This document shows, piece after piece, positions 1 to 7,297 of a DNA stretch of 24,000 nucleotides (position 1 is the stretch's first letter; every line of letters starts with the position of its first letter). A program made the position numbers and the translations under genes. A model generated the notes under the pieces. That model was not told the origin of the DNA, searched no databases, and was given only the letters and a program-made list of their open reading frames with translations. The stretch is from Williamsia deligens (lineage in GTDB: Bacteria > Actinomycetota > Actinomycetes > Mycobacteriales > Mycobacteriaceae), in assembly GCF_024171765.1 (NCBI RefSeq), contig NZ_JAMTCI010000001.1, positions 1,868,557 through 1,892,556 on the forward strand, read 5' to 3'.

Positions 1-663
1 CACCAGCAGACCGGCCTTGACCGCATCGGTGTTGAAGGTCTGGTTCAGCAGGCCCGCGGCCGTCGGCGAGATGAGCACACGGGTGCCCTCGAGCACCGCG
101 GTGCCGTCGGGGTTGCTCTGCAGCGGCTTCAGGGTGCTGCCGTCGAGATCGAACACGACCGCCTGTGGCGCAGCGACCTTCCCGTCGACGCTGACGTCGG
201 CCATGAGCTTCGAGGTGCCCGGGTCGATGGTCAGGTTGGTGATGTCGACGGTCTTGCCGCCACCGGTGAGGGAGAACCCTGCGCCCTGGTGGTCGATGAT
301 GCCCTGCACGTACGGCTGGATGGAGCCGGGCTTGTAGTAGGTGACGTTGCCGCCGGTGATCGGGAACACGAGCGACCCGTTCTCGAGCTTGGCCCCTCCC
401 ACGACACCCGGGGTCAGCTTCAGGGTGGTGAGCGCACCGGTGAAGCCGGAGTCCAGGGCGACAGCGGTGTCACGCCCGGTGAGGGTGGGAACCGTGGCGA
501 GCGGGGCCGGGGTGCTCTGCGCAGCCGACGACTCCGGGGCGGACGCCGACGACGACGTCGACGAGCCCGACGACGAGTCGTCGCTGGAGCAGGCGGCTGC
601 GGGGAGGATGGCGACAGCGGCGATCGCTGCGCCGATGACAGCCTTGCGGTACGAGATCTTCAT
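1..663 (-). CDS. Putative secreted lipoprotein of unknown family (N-terminus in window, 3' end runs off the window start)
   Basis: Absent from the ORF track because the frame is open at the window edge. Minus-strand ATG at 663..661 has AGGA about 11 nt upstream. My translation is MKISYRKAVIGAAIAAVAILPAAAC-SSDDSSSGSSTSSSASAPESS..., i.e. a signal peptide, a lipobox-like LPAAAC and a Ser/Asp-rich linker. The frame stays stop-free for 221 codons down to nt 1, with G/C at nearly every third position. Confidence 0.7.
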   Translation of the reverse strand, partial: MKISYRKAVIGAAIAAVAILPAAACSSDDSSSGSSTSSSASAPESSAAQSTPAPLATVPTLTGRDTAVALDSGFTGALTTLKLTPGVVGGAKLENGSLVFPITGGNVTYYKPGSIQPYVQGIIDHQGAGFSLTGGGKTVDITNLTIDPGTSKLMADVSVDGKVAAPQAVVFDLDGSTLKPLQSNPDGTAVLEGTRVLISPTAAGLLNQTFNTDAVKAGLLV

Positions 664-856
664 GAGAGGTGTTCCTGTCGTTGATGTCTCGCGACGTGGA
701 CGCCGCGGATCGTGGTCTCGACGCCGTGCGCTCGAGCACGATGACGTCATCGGGTCTTCGTCGCCGACGACGGTCCGGACGGGTCCTGCGCGATTCCCGC
801 TTATGGGAACGCTCACAGAGGGCCGAGGAGGGTGTCGACCGAGGCGAGAGGCGAGG

Positions 857-2077
857 TCAGGCCAGGCCGCGCAGGATGAGACGCCAGTAGATCTGCGGCA
901 GGGCATAGCGGTCGAACGCCCAGATGAGCAGTCGGGGTCTCAGCGGTGAGAGGAACGCCGGCAGCGACGTCGTCAGCGCGCGTGTGCGGTCGAACTCGCC
1001 GAGGATGGCCCGGTGACGGCTCAGGGTGACCGGGGCGACGGTGTACCCGTCGTACCTCTGTGGCGACTCGCCGCGCCGAGCGGCGCGGATGTTGTGCGCG
1101 CACACCGGGGCCTGTTTGCGCAGCGCCCCACCGGAGGGGTCGGTGCCGAGGTCCGCACAGTCCCCGAGCGACCACACCCGTGGGAACCGGTTGTGCGCGA
1201 ACGTCTCCGGGTCCACGTCGACGAGACCCGCGTGGTCGGACGCGAGACCGGCGTCGGCGATCTGTGTGCCGGCGCGATACGGCGGGACGAGGTGCAGCAG
1301 GTCGTAGTCGAGGGAGTCCTGCGTGCCGGTCGACGTCCGGGCGGTGATGCGGCGGGCGTCGGGATCGAGCCCGACGACGGCCGTGTCGTACCGGACGCGG
1401 ACGCCGCGGTCGTCGAGAGCCCGTCGGATGGTGCGGTCGAGATCGTCGACACCGGTGAGCGTCGGACGGTCGACGAGCAGCGTCGTCCACACCGAGGCGT
1501 GGTGGTCGCGCCACTGGTCGAGCGCGAGGAAGAGGGGCTTGAGCGTCGTCGCCGAACAGCTCACCGGTGGACGGGGGAGGGTGAACACGGCGTGGCCGCC
1601 GGTGCGTCCGAGCGTGCGGATGCCGGTCCAGGTCCGCGTGGCCGCGTCCAGGTAGTTGCTCACCACACCGGGCGTGGTCAGCGCCGCGGTGACGCCGGGC
1701 AGCTCATCGTGATCGGGGACGAGGCCCGTGGCGACGACGAGGTCGCGGCAGCGCACCCGCCGACCGTCGTCGCACACCACGGTGTGCTCGTCGTCGCCGG
1801 TACCGGGGACGATCTCGACGACCGATCGCCGGATCCACGTGACCCCCGACGGTGTCACCGCGGCCTGGGACCGCTGGGCGACGGCGATCGACGCCTCACC
1901 TCCGCCGACGTACGACAGCAGCGGGCGGTAGGTGTGCGTCCTCGACGGCTCGACGATCGCGACGTCGCTGATCCCCCGCCGTCGGAGGTGGGCGGCGACG
2001 GCGATCCCGGCGTTGCCACCGCCGAGGATCACCACGTCGTGGCGGGCCGCGGACGGCGTGCGTGCCGCGTCAGCCAC
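857..2077 (-). CDS. FAD-dependent pyridine nucleotide-disulfide oxidoreductase (NDH-2 / sulfide:quinone oxidoreductase-like)
   Basis: 406-aa ORF with a GTG start. N-terminal Rossmann motif VVILGGGNAGIAVA, a second dinucleotide-fold region, the WSLGDCA motif near the C-terminus, and an amphipathic C-terminal tail. The start overlaps the stop of the upstream SRPBCC gene by 8 nt. Confidence 0.85.
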   Translation of the reverse strand: MADAARTPSAARHDVVILGGGNAGIAVAAHLRRRGISDVAIVEPSRTHTYRPLLSYVGGGEASIAVAQRSQAAVTPSGVTWIRRSVVEIVPGTGDDEHTVVCDDGRRVRCRDLVVATGLVPDHDELPGVTAALTTPGVVSNYLDAATRTWTGIRTLGRTGGHAVFTLPRPPVSCSATTLKPLFLALDQWRDHHASVWTTLLVDRPTLTGVDDLDRTIRRALDDRGVRVRYDTAVVGLDPDARRITARTSTGTQDSLDYDLLHLVPPYRAGTQIADAGLASDHAGLVDVDPETFAHNRFPRVWSLGDCADLGTDPSGGALRKQAPVCAHNIRAARRGESPQRYDGYTVAPVTLSRHRAILGEFDRTRALTTSLPAFLSPLRPRLLIWAFDRYALPQIYWRLILRGLA

Positions 2078-2531
2078 CGTGTGCCGCGGGCAACGCGTCC
2101 AGGACCTCGACGAGCTTCTTCTCGGTGTCGTTGCCGAGCTTCTCGAAGAGGACCTTCACCACCGGTGAGGCCAGCTTCGCTGCACCGCTGAGCTCGACGT
2201 CGTTGTGGTAGGTGACGGTGCTCCCGGCCCCGCCGTCCTGGGTGACGTCGGCGACGGTGATCGTCTCGGTGGACGTGGCGGTCTCGTTGCGACCCACGAG
2301 GACGATGCGACTGTCCGTCAGTTCGGTGAGCGTGTAGGTCAGCTCCGTGCTGACGCCCGCGATCTGCGACTCGTTGTGCCACGACGACCCCACGCGCACG
2401 GGTCCGTCGTCGTTGCGCGTGCACCGCTGGGTCCCGGGATCCCACTGCTCGGCGTGGGAGAAGTCGGCGAGGTACTCGACGACGGACGATCGGGGTGCGG
2501 TGGTGGAGAAGGTGCGTTCGACTGACGGCAT
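2070..2531 (-). CDS. SRPBCC-superfamily protein (polyketide cyclase/dehydrase-lipid transport fold)
   Basis: The track ORF 2070..2657 was trimmed to the ATG at 2531 (MPSVERTFSTTAPRSSVVEYLADFSHAEQWDPG...), which has GGAG about 10 nt upstream. The ~153-aa size and the N-terminal pattern are typical of SRPBCC proteins. Codons upstream of 2531 have poorer third-position GC. Confidence 0.75.
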   Translation of the reverse strand: MPSVERTFSTTAPRSSVVEYLADFSHAEQWDPGTQRCTRNDDGPVRVGSSWHNESQIAGVSTELTYTLTELTDSRIVLVGRNETATSTETITVADVTQDGGAGSTVTYHNDVELSGAAKLASPVVKVLFEKLGNDTEKKLVEVLDALPAAHGG

Positions 2532-2657
2532 GGGGACGGCTCCGGCTCTGTGTCGGCGATGGTGGACGTCGGTGGACGACATCTCCTGCGACGAGGCCGG
2601 GGGCTGTAGCGCCGTCCCCTCCACGTCTACCAGCCCGCCGCGATCAGTGCGTCGCAC

Positions 2658-3260
2658 TCACAACGGGATCCCGCGCTCCAACAGGTCCAGGACGTCCATG
2701 ACGGCCTGCAGCGCGACGTCGGGTTCGGGGTCGTCCTCGGGGTCCACCACCTGGTTGATGGCACCGGTCACCGCGCCGAGGAACACGCGGACCCCGAAGT
2801 CGTCGAGAGGCCGCCCCAGGTACTCGGCGAGAACACGCGTGCCCTCCCCGATCCGGCGTTCGAACAGGTCCTGCTGCGCCGCCTTGAGCACCGGGTCGGC
2901 GCGGATCAGTCGTGCCCGGTCCGGGTTGCCGGCCCACTCGTCGCCCGCGGACCACTCGAAGAGGTTGCGGACCTCCCAGCGCACGAGGTCGAACGCGGAC
3001 ATCCCGGCGGGCGCGCCGACGAACATCGGCGGTCGGTCCTCGAGGAGGTCGTCGGTGATGATGACGTCCTCCTTCGACGGGAAGTAGCGGAAGAACGTCG
3101 TCGGCGAGACCTCCGCCTCCGCGGCGATCTGTTCCACCGTCGTCGCGGCGAACCCCTGCTCGAGGCAGAGCCGCAGGGCAGCCGCCCGGATGGCGGCGCG
3201 GGTGCGCCGCTTGTTGCGTTCCCGCAAGCCACCCGGGCGGTCCTGCCCCGCGACGGTCAC
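2658..3260 (-). CDS. TetR-family transcriptional regulator
   Basis: N-terminal HTH region RNKRRTRAAIRAAALRLCLEQGFAATTVEQIAAEAEVSPTTFFRYFPSKEDV. Start set to the GTG at 3260..3258, which overlaps the TGA (3259..3257) of the upstream MmpL gene as GTGA, a translational-coupling signature. The longer track start at 3386 would overlap mmpL by 130 nt. Confidence 0.85.
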   Translation of the reverse strand: MTVAGQDRPGGLRERNKRRTRAAIRAAALRLCLEQGFAATTVEQIAAEAEVSPTTFFRYFPSKEDVIITDDLLEDRPPMFVGAPAGMSAFDLVRWEVRNLFEWSAGDEWAGNPDRARLIRADPVLKAAQQDLFERRIGEGTRVLAEYLGRPLDDFGVRVFLGAVTGAINQVVDPEDDPEPDVALQAVMDVLDLLERGIPL

Positions 3261-5476
3261 CGGGCGGACCCCACTGCCTCCGCCGTCGTCCGCGCCGAGG
3301 CGTCCGGCACACCGCGATCGATCACCTTGGTCCCCTCGATGTCGAAGTCGATGACGAAGCGGTCCAGCCACTTCGGCAGCGACCACGCCCGGTCACCCAG
3401 CAGCGCGATACACGCGGGCACCACCATCATGCGGATGACAAAGGCGTCGAACAGGACCGCGGCGGCCAGGGTGAACCCGATCATCTTCGACGTCGTGTCC
3501 GGCGCGAGCATGAACGCGGCGAACACACTGATCATGATGATCGCGGCAGATGTCACCACGCGTGCGCCATGCCGGTAGCCGGCGATGATCGCCTCCTTCG
3601 TGGTGAGCCCGTGGACGAACTCCTCGCGCATCCGTGTCACCAGGAACACCTGGTAGTCCATCGCGAGGCCGAACACCACGCCGATCCCGAAGATCGGCAG
3701 GAACGACAGGATCTCGCGTGGGTGGCTGACGAGGCCGAAGGTCCCCTCCTGGAAGATCGCGACCGTCAGCCCGAAGGTCGCGGCGACCGAGAACAGGAAG
3801 CCGACGGTGGCCAGCAGCGGCACCCACAGTGATCGGAAGACGCCGATCATCACCAGGAACGCCAGGCCCACCACCACGATCAGATAGGGGATCAGCGCCG
3901 AGTTCAGCTTGGCCGACAGGTCCGAGGTGATGGCCGTCTGACCGCCGACGTGCAGTTCAGCGCCGGCCTTCTCGACGGTGGGGCCGAAGTCCCGGATGTT
4001 CTCCATCAACGTGTGCGTCGCCTCGGCGGCGGGTGCGCTGGTGGGGGTCACCGTGATCAGGGCGGTGTCACCGGCCTGGTTCGGGATCGACTGCAGCGCA
4101 CGAGCGTTCGCGACGTCACCGAGGGTCTTGATGTGGTCGACGGTCTGCTGCGCGATCGCCGCGACCGGCTTGCCGTCCTCGGAGTGCACCACCGCCAGCA
4201 ACGGGCCGTTGATGCCCTGACCGAAACCGCGCTGCAGCAACGACTGTGCCGCGGCCTCGTCGTCGTTGCTCAACGACAGGCCCAGTTCCATCTTGGTGGC
4301 CGGGATCGCGGCGATCGCCAACACCGCGAGACCGACGATGATGAACGGCAGCGGGCGCTTGACCACCATCTTCCCGAACCGCACGCCGAGCGGGTTCGAG
4401 TCGGGCGTGGCCTCGGCGTGCTTGATCCACGGGATCCGCGGGGTGAACGCGAAGCGTCGGACCGCACCGAGCAGCGCGGGGATCAGGGTGAGTGCGCCGA
4501 GCACGGCGACGCCGACGGCGATCGCTGCGCCCGAACCCATCTGGGTGATCAGCGGGATACCGATGACGGTGAGCGCGACGACGGCGATGGCGACGGTCAG
4601 GCCGGCGAACACGACCGCCGAGCCGGCGGTGCCGACCGCACGCCCCGCGGCATCGGCGGCATCACCGCCCTTGCGGAGCTCCGTCCGGTACCGCGAGACG
4701 ATGAAGAGTGCGTAGTCGATGGAGACCGCGATGCCGAGCATCGTGACGATGGCCGTGGCGGTCTGGTTGATGGACAGGAACTCCGCGCCCAGCGTCACCA
4801 GCATGATGGTCAGACCGACGCCGACGAGACCGGTGATCAGCGGGATGAACGAGGCGACCAGCGCGCCGAACGCGACGATCATGACGACGAACGCGACCGC
4901 GAAGCCGATGGCCTCGGCCTTGCCCGGCGGCTCCTGGGCCTGCATCAACGAACCGGTGGCCTCGACCTCCAGACCGCCGCCGCGGTTCTCGGACAGGACC
5001 GACGTCAACTTCTCCTTGTCGGCGACCTTGAGGTCGGTGACCTCGATCGCCTGACGCACCTGGATCAGACCGACGCGGCCGTTGTCGCCGAGCACCTGCG
5101 CGGCCAGTTGTGGACGTGCCTGTGCCGCCGCGACCGGGTTCACGATCGCAGCGGAGTCGGTGAGCTCGGGCAACCCCTTCAGGTCCGCCACCAACTTGTC
5201 GATCTGCGCGGTGTGCTTCGCCAGCCCGTCGGGTGCGGCGACGAGGACGCTCGTCGACGCCTGCATCTGCTGCTTCTGCACCTCGGGGAAGTACTTCTCG
5301 ACCTGCGACGTCGCCGTCCCCGAGTCGGTGCCGGGGAGGCTGAAGTCCTTGGCGAAGGTCGGCTTGAGCACGCCGACGAGGGACGCGACGACCACGAGGG
5401 CCAACACCCACGCCGCGATGACCGGCCACCGGTGTCGGTAGCAGAACCGACCCACCCGGAAGAGAAGGGACGCCAT
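3257..5476 (-). CDS. MMPL-family (RND superfamily) membrane transporter, short ~740-aa type, no MmpS partner
   Basis: 739-aa ORF. N-terminal MASLLFRVGRFCYRHRWPVIAAWVLALVVV is followed by a periplasmic domain, and two blocks of multiple hydrophobic helices are separated by a second soluble domain. This is the duplicated RND/MMPL architecture. Confidence 0.9.
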   Translation of the reverse strand: MASLLFRVGRFCYRHRWPVIAAWVLALVVVASLVGVLKPTFAKDFSLPGTDSGTATSQVEKYFPEVQKQQMQASTSVLVAAPDGLAKHTAQIDKLVADLKGLPELTDSAAIVNPVAAAQARPQLAAQVLGDNGRVGLIQVRQAIEVTDLKVADKEKLTSVLSENRGGGLEVEATGSLMQAQEPPGKAEAIGFAVAFVVMIVAFGALVASFIPLITGLVGVGLTIMLVTLGAEFLSINQTATAIVTMLGIAVSIDYALFIVSRYRTELRKGGDAADAAGRAVGTAGSAVVFAGLTVAIAVVALTVIGIPLITQMGSGAAIAVGVAVLGALTLIPALLGAVRRFAFTPRIPWIKHAEATPDSNPLGVRFGKMVVKRPLPFIIVGLAVLAIAAIPATKMELGLSLSNDDEAAAQSLLQRGFGQGINGPLLAVVHSEDGKPVAAIAQQTVDHIKTLGDVANARALQSIPNQAGDTALITVTPTSAPAAEATHTLMENIRDFGPTVEKAGAELHVGGQTAITSDLSAKLNSALIPYLIVVVGLAFLVMIGVFRSLWVPLLATVGFLFSVAATFGLTVAIFQEGTFGLVSHPREILSFLPIFGIGVVFGLAMDYQVFLVTRMREEFVHGLTTKEAIIAGYRHGARVVTSAAIIMISVFAAFMLAPDTTSKMIGFTLAAAVLFDAFVIRMMVVPACIALLGDRAWSLPKWLDRFVIDFDIEGTKVIDRGVPDASARTTAEAVGSAR

Positions 5477-5532
5477 GAGGAGGCCTTTCGCGAGAGAAGA
5501 CGAGATGCGCCACCATCTGACGCTCGCTGCCT

Positions 5533-5551
5533 AGTGTTAGTGACTACCACT
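5533..5551. promoter_or_regulatory. Candidate TetR operator upstream of mmpL (19-bp imperfect palindrome)
   Basis: AGTGTTAGT-G-ACTACCACT has 9-bp arms with one mismatched pair, in an AT-rich patch 57-75 nt upstream of the mmpL ATG (5476). On the minus strand it sits 4 nt downstream of a TTGACC -35-like hexamer (5561..5556), so it would cover the spacer and -10 region. Confidence 0.4.
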
Positions 5552-5608
5552 TTGCGGTCAAGCGGGAGCCGGCGTCTGTGAGCGACGACACCGGACCCGG
5601 AGAAGACA

Positions 5609-5641
5609 CCGCCGCCCGCGACCTGAGGTCGCGGGCGGCGG
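5609..5641 (-). terminator. Stem-loop terminator downstream of the DUF3068 gene
   Basis: Perfect 15-bp stem CCGCCGCCCGCGACC / GGTCGCGGGCGGCGG with a 3-nt loop, starting 23 nt after the stop at 5664. On the minus strand it is followed by TGTCTTCTCC, a weak T-rich tail, as is common in actinobacteria. Confidence 0.6.
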
Positions 5642-5663
5642 GGTTCGGGGGTGACGCCGGGTG

Positions 5664-7148
5664 TCAGCCGTTCGGGCGGCGCCACGGGTCGTCGGGGCGG
5701 GTCTCGGAGTCACCGGGGCCCTCGGGATCCCGACGGGCGTCGGGACCGTCCGGCGACGACCACCCGACACGACCGCTGTCGTCGGAGACACGGGGGAACT
5801 GCTGCGTCGCGTCGTCGTCGGAGGGTCCACTGCCCGCCGCGAAGCCACCGCCGGCACCTCGGTCACCGTCCTTGCGGAGGTTCGGTCGCACCTCGGTGGG
5901 CGCGTCGGCGTCGCGGAAGTCGTCGTGACCCCGCGCGTCCCGGGTGTCGTCGTCGGGCGTGGCGACCGGGTAGTACGGGTCGTCACCGGCGACCACCGCG
6001 GCGGGCGTCCGCGGGCCGCGGAGCAGCAGGATGATCCCGGCGATGAGCGCGAGCGCCCCGACGATGCCGAAGGCGATCGGCAGCCAACGGCCGTACAGCT
6101 TGATCGGCGACGACAGGTCCTTCGCCGCGGACGCACGCTGCTGCTGGGACTGCTGGTCGTAGGCGAACGTCACGTCGAGGTTGGTCAGGCGGTACTGCCG
6201 CAGTGCCTGCGGCGCATCACCGCTGACCCCGGAGATCTTGTAGTACTCCTGGATCCGCTCACGGTCGTTGACGATGGTCCCGCTGTCGGGCTCCACGTAC
6301 AGGTCGCGCGTGGTGGTCCGGTAGAGGTCCGCGGGCAGCTTCTGACGGTTGTCGATCCCCGGGAACCCGCCGTACCAGGACGCGTTCTGCGACAGCTGGG
6401 TACCGGCGGGGGTGGAGTCGTTGGCGTCGCGCAGCTGCGCCAGGTTGGCCTCGGGGACCGTCTGGCTGAAGTGCAGGACCTTCACGCCGGCGATCTCGGT
6501 CGAGTCGACGTACTTGAGCGGGCTCGTGGTCCGCGACGCGAGGTCGAAGTAGATGTAGCGCTTCGACGACGACGAGTCGAACGGGAACTTGTACTGCAGC
6601 CCACGACGATCCGGGATCGACACGGACTTCGACGACGAGTCGAGCTGGACCTCGGAGCTGCCACCGCCGGACAGGGCGGCCGCACCGCTGGTGCGGTTGG
6701 TCGTCACACGGTCGACGGTCGCCGTCAGCAGCGCGCCGAGGCAGCCGCCGCCGGAGGTGGAATCGGCACTGGGGGTGACGGTCTCGCCGGAGATCTGCAC
6801 CTGGTTGATGCGGGTCGAGGTACCGGCCTGGAAGGTGACCTTGTCGGCGCCGGCGGGCTTGACCGCCACGACTCGCTGCTGGCGGGTCAGCGCCGCGGCC
6901 GACACCTCCGGCTTCGACGCGGTCAGAGAGCAGCGGTTCAGGATCTTCGCCGGGAGCGCGTCGCTGCTGGAGTCACCGTCGGTGCGTTGGGAGGTGGACA
7001 CCGTCGTGTAGTCGGTGTCCATGGGGGTCTTCTGCAGCTGCCCGACCAGATAGAAGGGCATGGCGATCGCCGCCACGATGAGCAGCGCGCCGAGGAAGAT
7101 CAGGACCGGACCCAACAGGTCACGGGCCGACATCCGGCCTGTCGCCAT
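5664..7148 (-). CDS. DUF3068 / PorA-family membrane protein (Rv0235c-like)
   Basis: 494-aa ORF with AAGGAG 9 nt upstream of the ATG at 7148. It has an N-terminal TM helix (LLGPVLIFLGALLIVAAIAMPFYLV), a large extracytoplasmic domain, a C-terminal TM helix (WLPIAFGIVGALALIAGIILLL) and a 118-aa D/P/R/G-rich tail. Its position next to the aftD region matches Rv0235c synteny. Confidence 0.8.
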   Translation of the reverse strand: MATGRMSARDLLGPVLIFLGALLIVAAIAMPFYLVGQLQKTPMDTDYTTVSTSQRTDGDSSSDALPAKILNRCSLTASKPEVSAAALTRQQRVVAVKPAGADKVTFQAGTSTRINQVQISGETVTPSADSTSGGGCLGALLTATVDRVTTNRTSGAAALSGGGSSEVQLDSSSKSVSIPDRRGLQYKFPFDSSSSKRYIYFDLASRTTSPLKYVDSTEIAGVKVLHFSQTVPEANLAQLRDANDSTPAGTQLSQNASWYGGFPGIDNRQKLPADLYRTTTRDLYVEPDSGTIVNDRERIQEYYKISGVSGDAPQALRQYRLTNLDVTFAYDQQSQQQRASAAKDLSSPIKLYGRWLPIAFGIVGALALIAGIILLLRGPRTPAAVVAGDDPYYPVATPDDDTRDARGHDDFRDADAPTEVRPNLRKDGDRGAGGGFAAGSGPSDDDATQQFPRVSDDSGRVGWSSPDGPDARRDPEGPGDSETRPDDPWRRPNG

Positions 7149-7297
7149 GGCAGAAGCTCCTTCGAGGTCGTCGTCTCGCCATCTCTGGCAGGCGCAGTGC
7201 TCCGCCCTTGCGAGCGAGACTAACAGTCACCCCAGTCCGATTCGCGGTCCTCCGACCCCGATCGGCCGCAGGTCGCAGGCGGGTAGCGTCGTCGCCG

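Noticed and set aside
541-585. GAC/GTC-rich quasi-repeat (gacgccgacgacgacgtcgacgagcccgacgacgagtcgtcg)
   Set aside because: It is the minus-strand coding sequence of the Ser/Asp-rich lipoprotein linker (SSDDSSSGSSTSSS). It is compositional, not a microsatellite or regulatory repeat.
739-752. Reading the TGACGTCA core as a CRP/cAMP-receptor site
   Set aside because: Actinobacterial CRP sites follow GTGA-N6-TCAC-type spacing, and this palindrome has no spacer. It is kept only as an unassigned palindrome.
1013-2191. 392-aa plus-strand ORF and several 90-230-aa ORFs on both strands in 813..1655
   Set aside because: They are antisense to or out of frame with the FAD-dependent oxidoreductase, whose frame carries the Rossmann GxGxxG motif. 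All have R/G/P-rich shadow composition.
3950-5581. 543-aa plus-strand ORF (also 4266..4715 and 4719..5054 plus, 4662..5516 minus)
   Set aside because: These are antisense to or out of frame with the MmpL gene. Their composition is R/D/G/H-rich without hydrophobic structure, whereas the MmpL frame gives coherent TM helices.
5661-7223. 520-aa plus-strand ORF
   Set aside because: It is antisense to the DUF3068 gene, which has a strong SD and TM/ectodomain organisation. The product is low-complexity and G/R/V-rich.
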